From the NCBI RefSeq assembly GCF_009914755.1, contig NC_060941.1: a stretch of 64,000 nt of DNA; one strand, 5' to 3'. The notes below the pieces were generated by a model. It had not been told where the DNA came from and made no database searches. It saw nothing but the letters and a program-made list of their open reading frames with translations. Below, in pieces: positions 11,561-26,447 of the stretch. A program made the translations under genes and the position numbers. Positions within the stretch are counted from its first letter, which is position 1. Each line of letters begins with the position of its first letter. This DNA is from the human T2T-CHM13v2.0 reference genome, Homo sapiens.

Positions 11561-13812
11561 AGCAGGCTGAGCAGGGGCACTGCAAACCTGCTCCTGTTCT
11601 TACACTTCCCCACGACTCAGAGGCCGGGGACACTGGGCACCTTGCTTGCAGCTCTCACGCCAGCTTACTCCTAAACACCCCAACCAGAGCCCCTACAAAC
11701 ACAGCCAAACGGAGCAGAGGCAGGCAGGGTCTGCTCCCGACAGCCCTTGCTAAGGACGCCCGACCAAGGCTGGCAAGGAAGGTGGCTAGGGCTCAGAGCT
11801 CACTGTTTTCTGGGAGGAGAAATTAAAACATAAATGAAAAAGGGCTCCGGGGCTGAGCAGGGCATGGAGGTGGCCAGGACAGGAGCCCAGCTGCAGGTAC
11901 AGCCCCAATTTATGTGATTTTTAGGGACCTGGAAAGGGACCTGGCTCAGCCCACGTGGCAGTCACTTCTCTAACTTCCCAACTGCGGCCCCAGGATGGCT
12001 GCTGGGACTCCCAGAGATGGACTCTCACGGCTTCCAGGGGTGCAAAGGAAGGACAGTGTGGAGTGTGCTGTAAGCCCCAACCGACACTGCTTGAGCACCT
12101 GCTGTATACTAAGCGCTTTCATACAGTGAAGGCGAGGCTGCAGGCCATGTCCAGCTCACAGACAGAGACACCAAGGCCACCCAGGCACCAAGGTGATGCA
12201 GCTACCGAGGCCACACGAGAAGCAAGAGGGCATCTCTGTGGCAGGTGGGTAGTGGGAGTTAGTGTGAGTTGGGGAGCGGAGACCCAAAGAGCTGTGCTGG
12301 GTGGCCAGGGAGGCTCTGACTCAATGCCCAGCACCAGGTGAGCTGACCTGGGGGTGCCCATGTGTCCACTTATGGGAGACCAGGAGGCAGAGGCAGGTTG
12401 GGATGAGAGTCCTGGGGGTAGAGCTGGCCCGGGCGGTTCCTCCTCACAGATTCTATAGCCGGAGATGGAGATGGCTCAGGGGCATGCCTGCCTGCCGCCC
12501 TGGCTCTCCAAGAGCTCTGAGACCAATGCCCCCGGCTTAGCCCAAGCCGCACAGGAAAGCCATCCTGTGGACCAAGTCTGGGCACACAGAGAGGGCTGGA
12601 CTCCACACGCATCTGTGGCAGGCTCCTGGAGACTCCTGGAACACCCCTGCATTCTCCCTTCATTCTCAAGCAATATTCCTTTGGGAAAATGCTCACCTGG
12701 TCTCAGCTGAATCCAGGAAATTGATTGCCACCCACTCACACACTCAGAGTTCAACTGGGGTGGTAGGGACACATGCACAGGACCGTGCCCACGCCTGGGC
12801 TGCATGCCCGCAGCTGGGGGACACACACACAGAGTGACGTGCACCCATCACTTACACACACACATTGGTCACACACATGTCCACACTAAATCATTTGCTC
12901 ACAACCACTCACACACACACTACCTCCACACTCACACCCTACAGCTGCTGAGGAGGGTGAGGACAGGTCGCTACTCCCACCTCCCTCATAGGATGAGCTG
13001 CAAAACGGCTCAGAGGCTTCAGCGAGGGTGCATGCGTGTCCGCCGAGTGTTCCAGCGTCCCGGGACAGTTCTCCCCAGCACCGTTGATACAGCCCCCACT
13101 GCCCTCTGAAGTGCAGACAAAACGGAGGGCAGCTCTGCTCAGGGCCTCCCTGGCCCCAGGAAGGGCCAACAGGCAGCAAGGGCTGCCTTCCCCAGGAACG
13201 CTCCGCTCGAGTAGTAAGTGACTGCCTAGCTCCGGCCCCGGGGGATTCTCCTGAGATCTGTGAGTAGACGAAGCTGGGGATTAGCAGACATAGCTCCAGG
13301 CCGGGAGGAAAAATCCATGTGTGATTCATGATGCCCTCCCAGACGTGGGGCGATGCAGGTGGCCTGGAGCCAGGGCTGACGCCTAGGACCCCAACATTTC
13401 TCTGCACCCAAGGGGTGGACCTGGGGGCCATGCAGGCACTAAGGCAAGGCACGAGCGTGTGAGCGTGCAGCAGACAGCATGGCAGTGTGGTCCCACCTCA
13501 AGCTGCAGGGCAGAGCACGAGAGACCCAACATGGTCTCTGGATGGGGTCTCAATTATCCTGTACGGCCAAGGCCTAAGTTCTAAGAGCTGGGCAGTCCCC
13601 CGTATGTGGGGCGGTCACAAGCCTGCAGCTGTCCCTCCTGCTGTATATCCATCCCGAGCTCACCCTGGAGCAGGCCTGGGTTCCCGGGGCACCCCCATAT
13701 CCCACCTGCCCACTCTCAAACAACTCTTAGGCCAGAAAACTCTCTGAGAAGGGACAGCAGGACTTGGGATTCCCCCATTCATTCATTCATTCATTCATTC
13801 ATTTTTTTCTTA

Positions 13813-14129
<317 letters not shown>

Positions 14130-14591
14130 GTCTCGTGGGCTGGGCGCAGTGCTAACTGCTAGCAACACCCAGGCAAGGAAGATGTCTATCTGGTTTTTGC
14201 CCACCAGGAATTTGGAGGTTAGAAACATAGCCCCTCTGCAGATAATCTGTAGCAGGACAGAAAACAAAGCCTGGTTATGGTGGGGTCATCCAGCCTGAGG
14301 CACTCAGGGGAGGCTCCCTGGAGGAGGTGGCCCAGCTAAAGCCTTGAAGGATGCACAAGAGTGAGTGAGCCAAGGAAGGGGCCGGCACGAGTCAAGTCGC
14401 AGAGCCCAGGGGACAGGTCAGGTTGGAGAAGGGATGCTGAGAGGCCCCATGAAGCCCGTCCTCTGCTGCCAATGAACCCTTCATGGAGGCCTGGAAGCAC
14501 CGCATGGCTCCAGCACACACCCCGATCCCATCACTTCCGTCTCCGCATACCAGCTGGGGATGCTGCTCCAGGAAGTGACCTCACCTTTTAA

Positions 14592-15018
<427 letters not shown>

Positions 15019-18000
15019 ACACCCACACTCTGTGGGGACCAGGGCCTCCTGCCACAATCAACCCACAACAGTCGAAGGAGGCTATGAGGCCCCAGAGGGA
15101 CTTTTGGGGGACAGGGATGGGAGGAAATTCAGGACTAGACAGATTACAAAACCGCTCACAGACTTCTGCCCCCAGCTGCCCCTGCTGAGAATTGGGAGCC
15201 AGAAAAAGGAGGCCAAATCTCAGGGTAATGTTCATGCTCCTTGTAACCTCTGGTCCCATTAAACTAGCAGCACAATCCCAGCTTTACCTTGCAGAGCCAG
15301 ACATAATGGGGCATTAGAAGGGAATTGAATTTCCCTTTAATTACAATGGCCCACAGACATTGTTTAATTTGTAATCTGGGAGTTAATGTGGTTTTCTCCT
15401 CTTGCAGTCATGGGGCCGCCTGCACACACATGTTCTCATTCACCCGGACGGAGCATGGGGCCCACCCTGCAAGGTGAGACGTCGGACAAGGCCGCCCCCA
15501 GCCCGGTGAGTGGAGTGCCGCGCCCAGCCCTGCCTCTCTCCTGCCTCCAGCCAGGCCCACCACACAGAGGACGTCAGTGTGGCTGTCACATGTCACATGG
15601 AGCACACATGCATGGAGCCATCCTAATAGGCAGGCAGGAGCATAATTTTTCCTCTAATTACATATTCAGCACTTCTGAGAAAATGAGATTTTAGTAATTC
15701 AATTGGACTGAGAAGCGGGGCTATAATAAAATGGAATTTGTAACAATCGCGCAGTTAAATTAGTTAAATGGAGAGGAAGGAGCTGTGGAAAATTGACCCC
15801 TCGATCTCCTAAGGACTAATCAGACATTTGAACTGAGCTGTGCTAACAAAGCCCTCGGGTGTTGTGGGTGGTGTGGGCGGGCGGGGGTCTCCCGCGGCAG
15901 GTGAAGGAGGGGACGGCGGAGAGAGCAGGGCTGGGAGAGCCGGGAGGGGTAGAGGACAGCTCAGGGCTTGGGGAAGTAGGTGCTGGAATGGAAAAAGCCA
16001 GTGGCACGGCTTCTGATCAAGCGGTTCTCAAACTGCAGTTTTCAGAACATCCTCCAGTGCCACCTGGAGAGGGACAAAGTCACGGAGGAGACCGAGGTCT
16101 GTGACATGCAGCTCTCGGGTGCTCCTGAGCACAGACACGCCAGGGCTGTCTGGGGGAGAGAGGGTGACGGCGGGACCAAAACTGTGCCCACCTCACTGCC
16201 AAGCTGAAACAGAGTGGTTCAAGCTGGGGGAGAAAAGCAACTTCTGGCCAGGGTGTGGCCACTGCTCCCCCATCTCACCTGGGAGCATCCGGCCCCAGGA
16301 CCCTAGCCGGGTCCCTCTCTGGCCTTGGCCAGCTCCCTCCTTGGGGCCAGGCAGCACACTCGGCTGAACACCAAGTGTCACAGAGGAGGCAACCGCTCCT
16401 GCCCCGCCTGGGGAAAGCCGCAGGCCCGGGGCCTCACGGCCTCAGTGTTCTGAGGGTGTCAAGAGGGGAGGTGTGGACCCCAAGCCTTTGGAGGAACTGA
16501 GAGATCCCAGAAACAAGACTCCAGGGATGCTCTTCAGGCTGTGGTGGGGCAGAGTGGAGAGGCCAGGGCATCCGAATGTCCTTCTGACGCTGCCCCAGAC
16601 CCTTCTGGTTTGCAGAGATCCTGTCATTCAGGAGAACATTCTTCCCCAGAAACCCTGGCAACATAAAAAGTCAGGGAAGTCCCAGAGCTGGAGGGCAGGA
16701 TGGGAACCGGGAAGGTTGTTGCCACCTGGACCAGACTGGTGCTTTCCTCACCCTGCCCACCCAGCACTGGGTGCAGAGCTGCCTGGGTGGGGAAGGCCTA
16801 GAGGGATGCCCCCCACCCGCCCGCACCCCACTTGCTTCCCTCCTGGCTGATGCGGAAGCTTTGCCAACAGGGTGCCCCACCTCCCTCAGGCACCTGGGAC
16901 CGCCAGATGCAGAACGGGTCTCCTGCGTTGAGCTCCTCCTTGCCCAGGTGCTGTGGGTGTCTCTGGGCCAGATGGTGTCCAGACAGGCCTGCTGGAGCCC
17001 ACCCAGCCCAGGCCTCCTGAACTCTTATGCTGAGCCATGCAAACAGGCTGGGGCCAATTGGAGGGTGGGGACCCCTGCCCCACAGCCTGACCATACAGCA
17101 CATTCTAGAATATCAGCAGAAGCAGCTTCCTGCTTTCCTCTGCAGGCAGGCCCACCTCCACCCCACAGCTCAGACAGAGGTGTGGGCTCCAGGATTCCTT
17201 CTGTACCAGGGTTCGGAAAAGGGTGAGATGGGGAAGCTCAAGGTTTGGGATGGGGGAGGGAAAGAATGGGCCAAGAAGATCCCAGAGATCCCAGGCCTCT
17301 GGGAGGGGTGGGCATGGCTGCACCCCAGGTTCCCCACCTGGCAGGGGCGGTGGCGGTAGCGCCTGGGCAGAAAAGTGCAGCTGCTCTTCAGGAGTCCAAG
17401 GTTAGGGCGTAGTGGGGAGCTGGGAGAAGCCAACAGGCTAAGGACTTCCTGTGGGCAGCACCGTGCTGAGCTCGTGGGGTCATCCCACTTAACCCTGAAG
17501 ACCCCCAAGATACAGGTGCTGGACTGTCCTTGGCTGTGCAGTCCGCAGCTTGGGTGCAGGACAGGGGCTCTGCGGCCTGGTGAGAGACGCTCCTGGGGGT
17601 GGGCGGCACTTCACCCCTTCAGTCTTGGGGGGAGGTGTTACATAATTAACACCTTGGGTGCCTTGGCGCATGGCCAGCTGTGCCAGTGAAAACGGTGCCA
17701 CTGGCCCTTGGTGGGAGGCCCAGCGTCAGGTGCGGCCACAGCACGGCGGAGCAAAACAAAAGTGCACGCATTCCTCGGTTCATGGAGGTGAGCCCTTCTC
17801 TTGGTGAGGGCAGTGGAGGTCCCAAGTGGGAAGGCCGGGGGTCCAGGCACCCTCCTGGGAGCCTCACCCGCGTGGTGGCTGCCCTGATGCCCCAGGAGCT
17901 GGTCTTCCCATGTGCCTGGGCAGCGGGCTGGGAGGGCCAGGGGGAGCCAAGCTGCAGAAAATGCAGTGGCCCTAGCAGGCAGAACTCACCCTTAACTTCC

Positions 18001-19924
18001 CTCGCCCCTCTTCTCCCTGCACCAGAATCACCCAAGGGACCCAGCGTTTCACTCATCTTTCCACCCTTAGTGCCGGGAAGAAAATGAACCCTCAGAATAA
18101 CATCTGCTAAGGAAAGACCAGACCACACGCTCATCTTTCTAGAGCCAGGAGGAAGGAGCCTCTGACATGGCCCCTGAACAAAAGCAGCCGGGCCACACCT
18201 AACAGGCAGGGTGGGAGGGGGAGGCATGGGGAGCAGCCGGGAGGGATGAGAGGCGGGAGACATGGGCTGGTGTCCTCTGCCCTCCAGCATCTTCCTGCAC
18301 AGCCCTCTGGGCTGGCTTCCACCTCCCAGGCTGCGGTGAGCCATTCAAATATTTATCCTTGTGTCATCTTCTGAAAGGGGAGAGAAGAGAAAGAGGGAGG
18401 GAGGAGGAAAAAACCCGAGTTTCTCATTTGAAAGTTAATTAGTCTAATTAGGTCTAATTAAGAGCCCCCAACACAATGCAGTGCACAAATGAAGTGCCGG
18501 CTCCTCATTTCCTTTGGTTCTCATTTTAGACTGAGCTGGGAAAGCCTGGGAAGGAGGGGGTGCCTGGGGAGGCCGCAGGAGGGCACAGCGGGGTCCCATC
18601 CCTCTGGGGGACAGGTGGCGGGGGCCCCTGGGCAGAGCTGGCAGGTGCGCATCCCGATTCCTCCATGCCAGCCATCCCGGGAGGTGACAGGATGAACTTT
18701 TAAATCCCATTCTCAGTGCTCTCCTGTTTTCTGGCTCCGGAGCCCCCTGGAGAAATTCTGGCTTCGCCGGCCGGGGTCCCTGGCTCCTTTCGCAGGTGCC
18801 TCAGACACGATCTTCAGACCTGCACAAGGGCTTGGGGTCTATGTCCAGGACATGCCCCACCCCCAGGTTCTGGAAGCTTCCAGAAGTCAGGCCAGGTCAC
18901 AGGATCATTAGGGGCTGAGTCCTGGTTTGGGGGTCCCGTGCCTACCTGGATCACCCCAAAGGAGGGCAGGGCAGCAGCAGATACCATGAGACGCCCTGAG
19001 ATTGTGGGCATTCTGCCTGCAGCAGGGCTGGGAGCCGGTGACACGCGGCGGGGTTGCTGAGGACACTGTGAGCCAAGGCCCTGCAGGGCACCCGCGTGCA
19101 CTGGCCGGGGAGGGATGTGTCCACAGGCCCCGGGTTTACACAGAGGGAAACTGAGGCCCAGGGAGCTGGAGTGAGATGTTGCACAGATCTGTACCCGGCG
19201 TGCGGCAGAGTTGTGATTGGAACTAGGTACAACAGAGGGATACAAACCTGGGCTTGGCCCACGCCCACCCCTCCTGTTCCCCCCCGGGCAGGTACGGGCG
19301 AACCTTGGCCCCAGACAAACTGGAGGATGCAACTCCAAGCAAACACCAGTGTGGGAGGGGCTCCTTTCCCTCCTGCACCCCCCCAGCGCAGCCTCCTGTG
19401 GGAGGGGAGCCTTGGCAGGAGCTATGCTCAGGAAAGGAGGCCCGGGCAGTTGTGGGGAGCCCGCCAGGAGCTGTAGCCGCCCCGGGCTCCAACTCAGGCA
19501 GCCGAGACTGAGCCATGCAGCAATGGGAATGGCCGGAGGGGATGATGTCTGAACCAAGATCAAAAGACTTAAGTAGGCTCAGCTCTCAGCCACAGATGAA
19601 GGGGGAGTCCAAGAGCCACCCACGGGGAGCCGAGATGGGGGAAGGGAATGAGGGGGCTTCGGAAGGGTCCCGAGGGAGGGCAGAGCCTCAGGGAAGGTGA
19701 AGGCCCAACACCCCAGCACCGAGATCCGGAGGAGGAGCCCAGCCCCTATGAACATGCACAGGTCGGAATGTAGGCCCTTGACCCTCACCATCCACCTGGC
19801 CGAGGGAAGCCCCCAGGCCACTCGGAGCCCATCCACCCCTCCTGCCAGGGCTGGCCCCAGCCAGGTCAGAGTGCGGATGCCAGGCTGGGCTCAGTGGGAG
19901 AATCGAAACAAAGGGAAGTTGCCA

Positions 19925-20072
19925 ATAAACTTTTTGGGTGATGAAAATTCAAAAACGGGTTTCTGGGATGGTTGCACAACTGTGAATTCCTTAAAAGTCA
20001 CCGAATTGCACACCTGCCAAAGAGTGAATTTTACAGTATGCAAATTACACCTCAATAAAGCTGTTAAAAATA
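19925..20072 (+). mobile_element. Old L1 (L1MB/MC-type) 3' end fragment
   Basis: TTTTGGGTGATGAAAAT...GATGGTTGCACAAC...GTGAATTTTACAGTATGCAAATTACACCTCAATAAAGCTGTTAAAAA. Confidence 0.75.
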
Positions 20073-20394
20073 AGAAGGTGAACAGACCAGTGGCCATGCC
20101 TCCGGGGGCCCAGAGACAGCCTCAAACAAAGGACCATGAGGAAATCCAGAGAGCCCAGCTCTCTCAAGACCCCCGGCAAGGCGGGCACGTCACCCCCACG
20201 ACAGACGCGCTCACAAGGGCAACCTTCTCAGCTACTCTGGGCCGCAGTTCTTCTCTTCTGTGAAATGGGAAGATCGATCATATCCTGGGGCTGCTGGAGG
20301 CTCAAGTCAGAGACTTCCAGACAGTGCCAGGCACATGGCCAAGAACAAGCCCAGGTACAGTGCCAGGCACAGTGCCAGGCTCGGGGAGTGCTAG

Positions 20395-20527
20395 GCCCCT
20401 CTTCCCTTGTTCTCTCCCCAGGGTCTCCATCAGGCTCTGGGGGGCCCCTTCTTCCCCTCCCTCTGGGGTCTCTATCAGGCTCTGGGGGCCCCTCCTTCTC
20501 TCCCTCTGGGGTCTCTATCAGGCTCTA
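20395..20527 (+). repeat. Imperfect tandem repeat, ~44-bp unit, ~3 copies
   Basis: GGGTCTC(C/T)ATCAGGCTCT recurs at 20421, 20466 and 20509. Confidence 0.8.
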
Positions 20528-22844
20528 CGGTCCTACTGAGCACCCTCCAAGGAGGCCCTGGCTGATGTCAGGGCTGTGGGTCCATGGGACCTTGGCTCTA
20601 GTGGGGCCGCATAATCCCCCAGCAGCCTCCCATGGGTCATGGAGTCCTTTCCTGGCCATCACAGGCTTGGCGGGGTTGAGGACTCCAATTTACAGATGAG
20701 GGCACTCAAGCCTGTCTTCTGGTCTGTCTCTCTCACCCCGGGCTCACTCACAGCCCCGGCCGCAGTCTGCCTGCCCCCGCAGAGGAAGCGTGCTTGGTGG
20801 GTCCCCTGCAGTCCCGCCACCCGTCTAGATTCCTCGCTTTAAATTCTCCCCATCAGCTGCCCTGGGGCCTCTTCAACCCTGGCCCTACCTGGGGTCCAGG
20901 GCACCCCGGAGCCGGAGCACGGGGCCTGGAGGTGCCCCCGGGACCCTGGAAGCTGCCTCTCTGGGATGCTAGGTCCTCTCAGAGCTCATCCGGGACCCTC
21001 CAGGGGAAGCACAGAACCTCCAAAGGCTCTATGGATTTCCGAGGAGGGGGCAGGACAAAGATGGGCCTCCCCCAGGTAAAAGCCCTTCCCTTCACCTCCA
21101 ACCACAGAGTGGGGGGCAGTGGGGGTCCCCGGCTGGACCCCAGCCCCAGGGCTGGGTGAGGGGTGGGTAACTGGGGAGGGTGGTTGGCACTTTATTTACG
21201 GGGTCCTGAAACAGTGGGGCCGGCTCAGAGGCTAAGGAGCCCAGAGGGCTCTGATGCCCCGACCCTCGTTCGGGAGGTCCATCCCTGAGGGCCCTGACCC
21301 CGCTGCTGCCTGACCCCTGACCGGCAGGGCCCTAAAGAGGCAGGTGCGGCTTGCCATGGGTGGGTCCCCCACTGGGCAGGGAACCTGCGACCAGTGCCTC
21401 CAAAGCATACTTCCAACCCTAAATTAAAATAAATCCCACCACCAACTCATGAATAGCACAATTGCATGGCACCTGCCTGAGTATGGGTTTAAATTGTGAA
21501 TTGACCAAATGGAAATAGTCAAGATAAACTACACATTTTGTGACCTTATCTTAGCAATTTCTCTTCCTGATGTCATAGATCCACAGCCTAAGAGAACAGA
21601 AGAGGCCCGTGCCCAAGGGGGTTGGCCCCACGGCCGCCCTATGTCCTGTGGCCCCCTGACCCTGCCAGCCAGGAGGTGTCCTCACCCCCACTGGTCCATG
21701 AGGAAACTGAGGCTCTGAGGGGAGAGGGGTCACTGAGCAGGTGTGGGCGGCCTGGCCCGCTTGTCCACATCCGCTGATGAATGCACTGAGGTGGGACAGT
21801 GCCACCTTGGACGGGCCAGCCGCACGGGGCTGCGGCCTCTCTGCGGGTGGCCCGGCAGACACAGAGCCATGGTCTCCTCTGTCAGCCAGTGTGTTTGGGA
21901 ACATGGCCCATTTGCTGGTTCATCCTCCTAGCTCACCCTGTCTTCCCGCTGGGCTTACATGCCGGGTGCGCCCTCGCCTGGCCCTGGGTCATGAAGGCAC
22001 TGCAGATGCATGCAGGTAGGGCAGAGAGCCCACTTGGTACTCACAGTACCAGATCCGTAGCAATGCAGCCGTGGCCCCAGACACACAGCCGTGATACATG
22101 CCTGCCACCCTTGGAAACAACCAGCACCCCAAACACGCACACTGGCTCTCGCCACACTGCCGCTGAGTGGAGGACCTTCCAAACAGCCCCCTGGCCCTGC
22201 TCAGCTCTCAGGAAAGAGCCCAGCTGCACAGGGCGGATCCGTGGGGACTGTGTGAATCCCGGTGTCATTTCCTACTTGGGATTTGTAAGAGGGACAAAGG
22301 CAGCACTCACAGCCCTGATTCAGACATGCAGGGGGGTGCCCACCTCTGCTTGGGCCCAGGGCAGTCAGCAACCCGGGTTTCACTGGAGGGGCTGGGTTTT
22401 TCTTTTTCACACACCTTAGGCATCCTGAACTCAGATGCTGGGGTAGCGGTGAGGATTCCATATAGGGGAAGGGCAGGGAACACCCCTGGGCTGTGCGGTG
22501 GGCAGTCCCTCTCCTCCTCCCCTGCTCCTTCACCCACTGCGGGCAGGACAGGCCCTCAAACTGCTCCCACAAGACCCCTCTAAGAGCCAGCTAAGATCAC
22601 ACACCCCACCCAGGACCCAGGACCCAGGACCCCGCCTGCCTCCGCCAGGGCTGCAAGCCCTCAGTGCAGAGTCCACACCCTCCCACCATGGGACCCTGCA
22701 CACTGCAGCCCTCGAGAAACAGGAGGCGGCACCGAGGGCCCCACCTGGTGTGGTCCCGTGGCATGAGGCAGCCCCAAAAGGCAAATCCACAGAGGCTGGC
22801 AGGAAGGCCGCACACGGGTGGGCTGGGAGGCTGCCAGAGGCTGG

Positions 22845-23024
22845 GTGGGGAGAACGGGAGGTGGCTGCCACTGGGCATGGTATTCTTGTTAAGATGGTGA
22901 AAATATTCAGGAACTAGAAGTGGCGATGGCTGCACAACACTGAGAATATACTGAAAACCACGGAACCGTATACTTCATAAGGGTAAATGTTACGATACGT
23001 AAAGCCCACAGATACAAATCATTA
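22845..23024 (+). mobile_element. Old L1 (L1MB-type) 3' end fragment
   Basis: GGTGAAAATATTCAGGAACTAGA...GATGGCTGCACAACACTGAGAATATACTGAAAACCAC...GGGTAAAT. Confidence 0.7.
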
Positions 23025-23315
23025 AAAGGAAAGGAAATGAAGAGAGGAAAGAAGGAAGAAGAGAAGGAAAGAAGGAAAAGAAGGAAGGAGAGAGGAAGAG
23101 GAGAGAGTTAAAAAAGGAGGAAAAGTGGGAGGAAAGAAGGAGGGAAGGGCAGGAAGGAGAGAAGGAAGGAGAAGAGGGAAGGGAAGGAGGAAGAAAGGAA
23201 ACGGAGGAAGGAAGGAAGGATGGAAAGCAGGAAAGGAGGAGGAAGGAAGGAAGGAAGGAGGAAGGAGGGAAGGAAGGAAGGGAGGAGGAAGGAGGAAGGA
23301 AGGGGAAGGAAGGGC
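23025..23315 (+). repeat. GA-rich polypurine tract, (GGAA)n-like
   Basis: About 290 bp of almost pure A/G directly after the L1 3' end. Confidence 0.95.
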
Positions 23316-24180
23316 AGGGTCCGGAAGAGGCTGCCTTGGCTGCAGTAGGGCTCAGGCCAGATGTTCACGGAGAACAACAGGTTAACGGTGTCCAGCTTCC
23401 AGGAGGGCCAAGTGTTCATGGCTGGCTGGGGTACCGGCTCCGGTCCTGCCAAACGGGCCAGAGGGGAGATAGAGGAAGGAGTTGGACCTGAGAGTCCCCT
23501 GCCAGGGGCCTGCAGCCCAGCCTGGAGCCTGAGGGAGGGCTCCAGGGCCAGGGGAGGGAAGGTGTTTTCTCCATCAGGGAGCCACGGCCTGGGGGCTCTT
23601 GAGGGCTGGGGGGGCAAGGCCTGGTCAGTGCAGGCTCAAGCATCCCATCCACCACGCGTCTGCACCGTCCTGAAGCCAGAAACCAGCTGTTCTACAGGGA
23701 CCCCTCCGTGGTGTGTCCGTTAGGCCTCCCAGGTATACCTCTCCCGCTAAAGCTTCCCCATCCACCCCTCTCTGTCCCTACTGCTGCCCCTGCCCATACC
23801 CCTGTTCCGGCCGCCCCTGGTCTGTAGCTTTCTGGCCCCTCCTTTTCCATCCCAGATGAACTTTCCTTACTTGTAAATCTGATCCTCACTCCCTGCTCAA
23901 AGACCTTCTGTGGCTCCCTATTGCCTACTGGAAAAAGTCAAAATTTCTCAGCCTAGAGCCCCAAAACACTCACTCCCTCGCACCCCGGGTACCAGGTGCT
24001 CCAGGAACCCCCGTGAACCCACTCAACCCTGTCTTTCCACGTAAACTGCTGCCTCCGTGTGGATGGTCCTGTTCACAGATCCACTGCCACAGGTCCAGAC
24101 CCCAAACACAGAGGGCAGAGCCCCGCTCCTGAGACACCTGCCTAGGTCTCCGGTGGAGATAAGCCTTATTCCTTTTAGAT

Positions 24181-24475
24181 CTGAGCTGTCCACTTCAGCA
24201 GCCACTGGCCCCATGTGGCTGTCGAGCAATTGAGGTGGGTTGTGAGTGAAAATTATACAGTGGATTTTGAAGATTCAGCATGAAAAGAGAATGCCAAATA
24301 TCTCAATCATGTGTATATTGATTAAATGCTGCAATGAAAACAGTTTGGACTGGGTTACACAAACACGTCATTAGCACGAATTTCATCTGCTTCCTTTTAC
24401 TTTTGCAGATGCGGCTGTTAGGAAACCTAACATCACCCGTGGCTTCACCACGCTGCCATCTGCGGACAGGGCTGG
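24181..24475 (-). mobile_element. MER33-like hAT-Charlie element
   Basis: GCTGTCCA...GCAGCCACTGGCCCCATGTGGCT...GGATTTTGAAGA...AATTTCATCTGCTTCCTTTTACTTTT...GGACAGGGCTG. Confidence 0.7.
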
Positions 24476-24482
24476 TGTAGGC

Positions 24483-24693
24483 CAGAGACTGGCCAACGTT
24501 TTCTACGAGGGGCCAGAGAGCAAATATTTAGAGCTTTGCTGGCCATATGGTCTCTGCTGCAACTGCTCATTTCTGCCGTCGCCAGGCAAAAGCTAACACA
24601 GACAACACGTAAACAAATGAGCGTGGCTGTGTTCCAATAAAACTTTTAAAAAATAAAAACAGACAGTGGGACAGATTTGTTCCACAGACCCCT
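24483..24693 (-). mobile_element. MER58A-like MITE
   Basis: GGGCCAGAGAGCAAATATTT...GTAAACAAATGAGCGTGGCTGTGTTCCAATAAAACTTT. Confidence 0.8.
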
Positions 24694-24751
24694 GCACTAG
24701 ATCTCTGGTTTCCAGACTTTTGAATCACACTAATTACTAACATTTAATTAC

Positions 24752-24959
<208 letters not shown>

Positions 24960-25020
24960 TGTAATATTTAATTTAAAAAGGGTGGAGGAGGGGGAAGATC
25001 CATTAGAATTACCAACCTTT

Positions 25021-25373
<353 letters not shown>

Positions 25374-25799
25374 TTAAAAAATGAACAGCAGATATCACTA
25401 TCACAAAAATGGGCATTTCAACACAAAAAGTAAACATCTTTATGAAAACCATGACTACATTATTCTGATTTTGCCCACTTTGCCACAGGTAGGTGAAACC
25501 TTTGTCACAGACACAGCGTGTTGTTGCCTGGTGCAGGAGCTGGGAGGGGACCGGTCTGAGTCTGGTCTGAGGCCTGTGGTCATGGGAGTTTCTCCCAGGC
25601 CACCCTGTCCACGTCCCCCTGGTGCTCCCCATGTTCTAGAGCAGCGTGACTCCCTGGGCCTCCATCTGATGGCGATTCCAAGGGAGGCGGCTTGGGGAGC
25701 CGGAGGGTCTGCGCTTCTAGCTGGCTCTCCTCACTGCAGGACCAGAGGGAGTATCAGAGCCCTAGAGTTGCTGTGTCCAACAGAAAAGAATGTTCTAGA

Positions 25800-26447
<648 letters not shown>

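Noticed and set aside
14138-14151. Apparent orphan Alu 5' head GGCTGGGCGCAGTG right after an Alu tail
   Set aside because: Only 14 nt, and equally consistent with the antisense L2 motif GTGCCAGGCACTGTGCTA into which the Alu inserted
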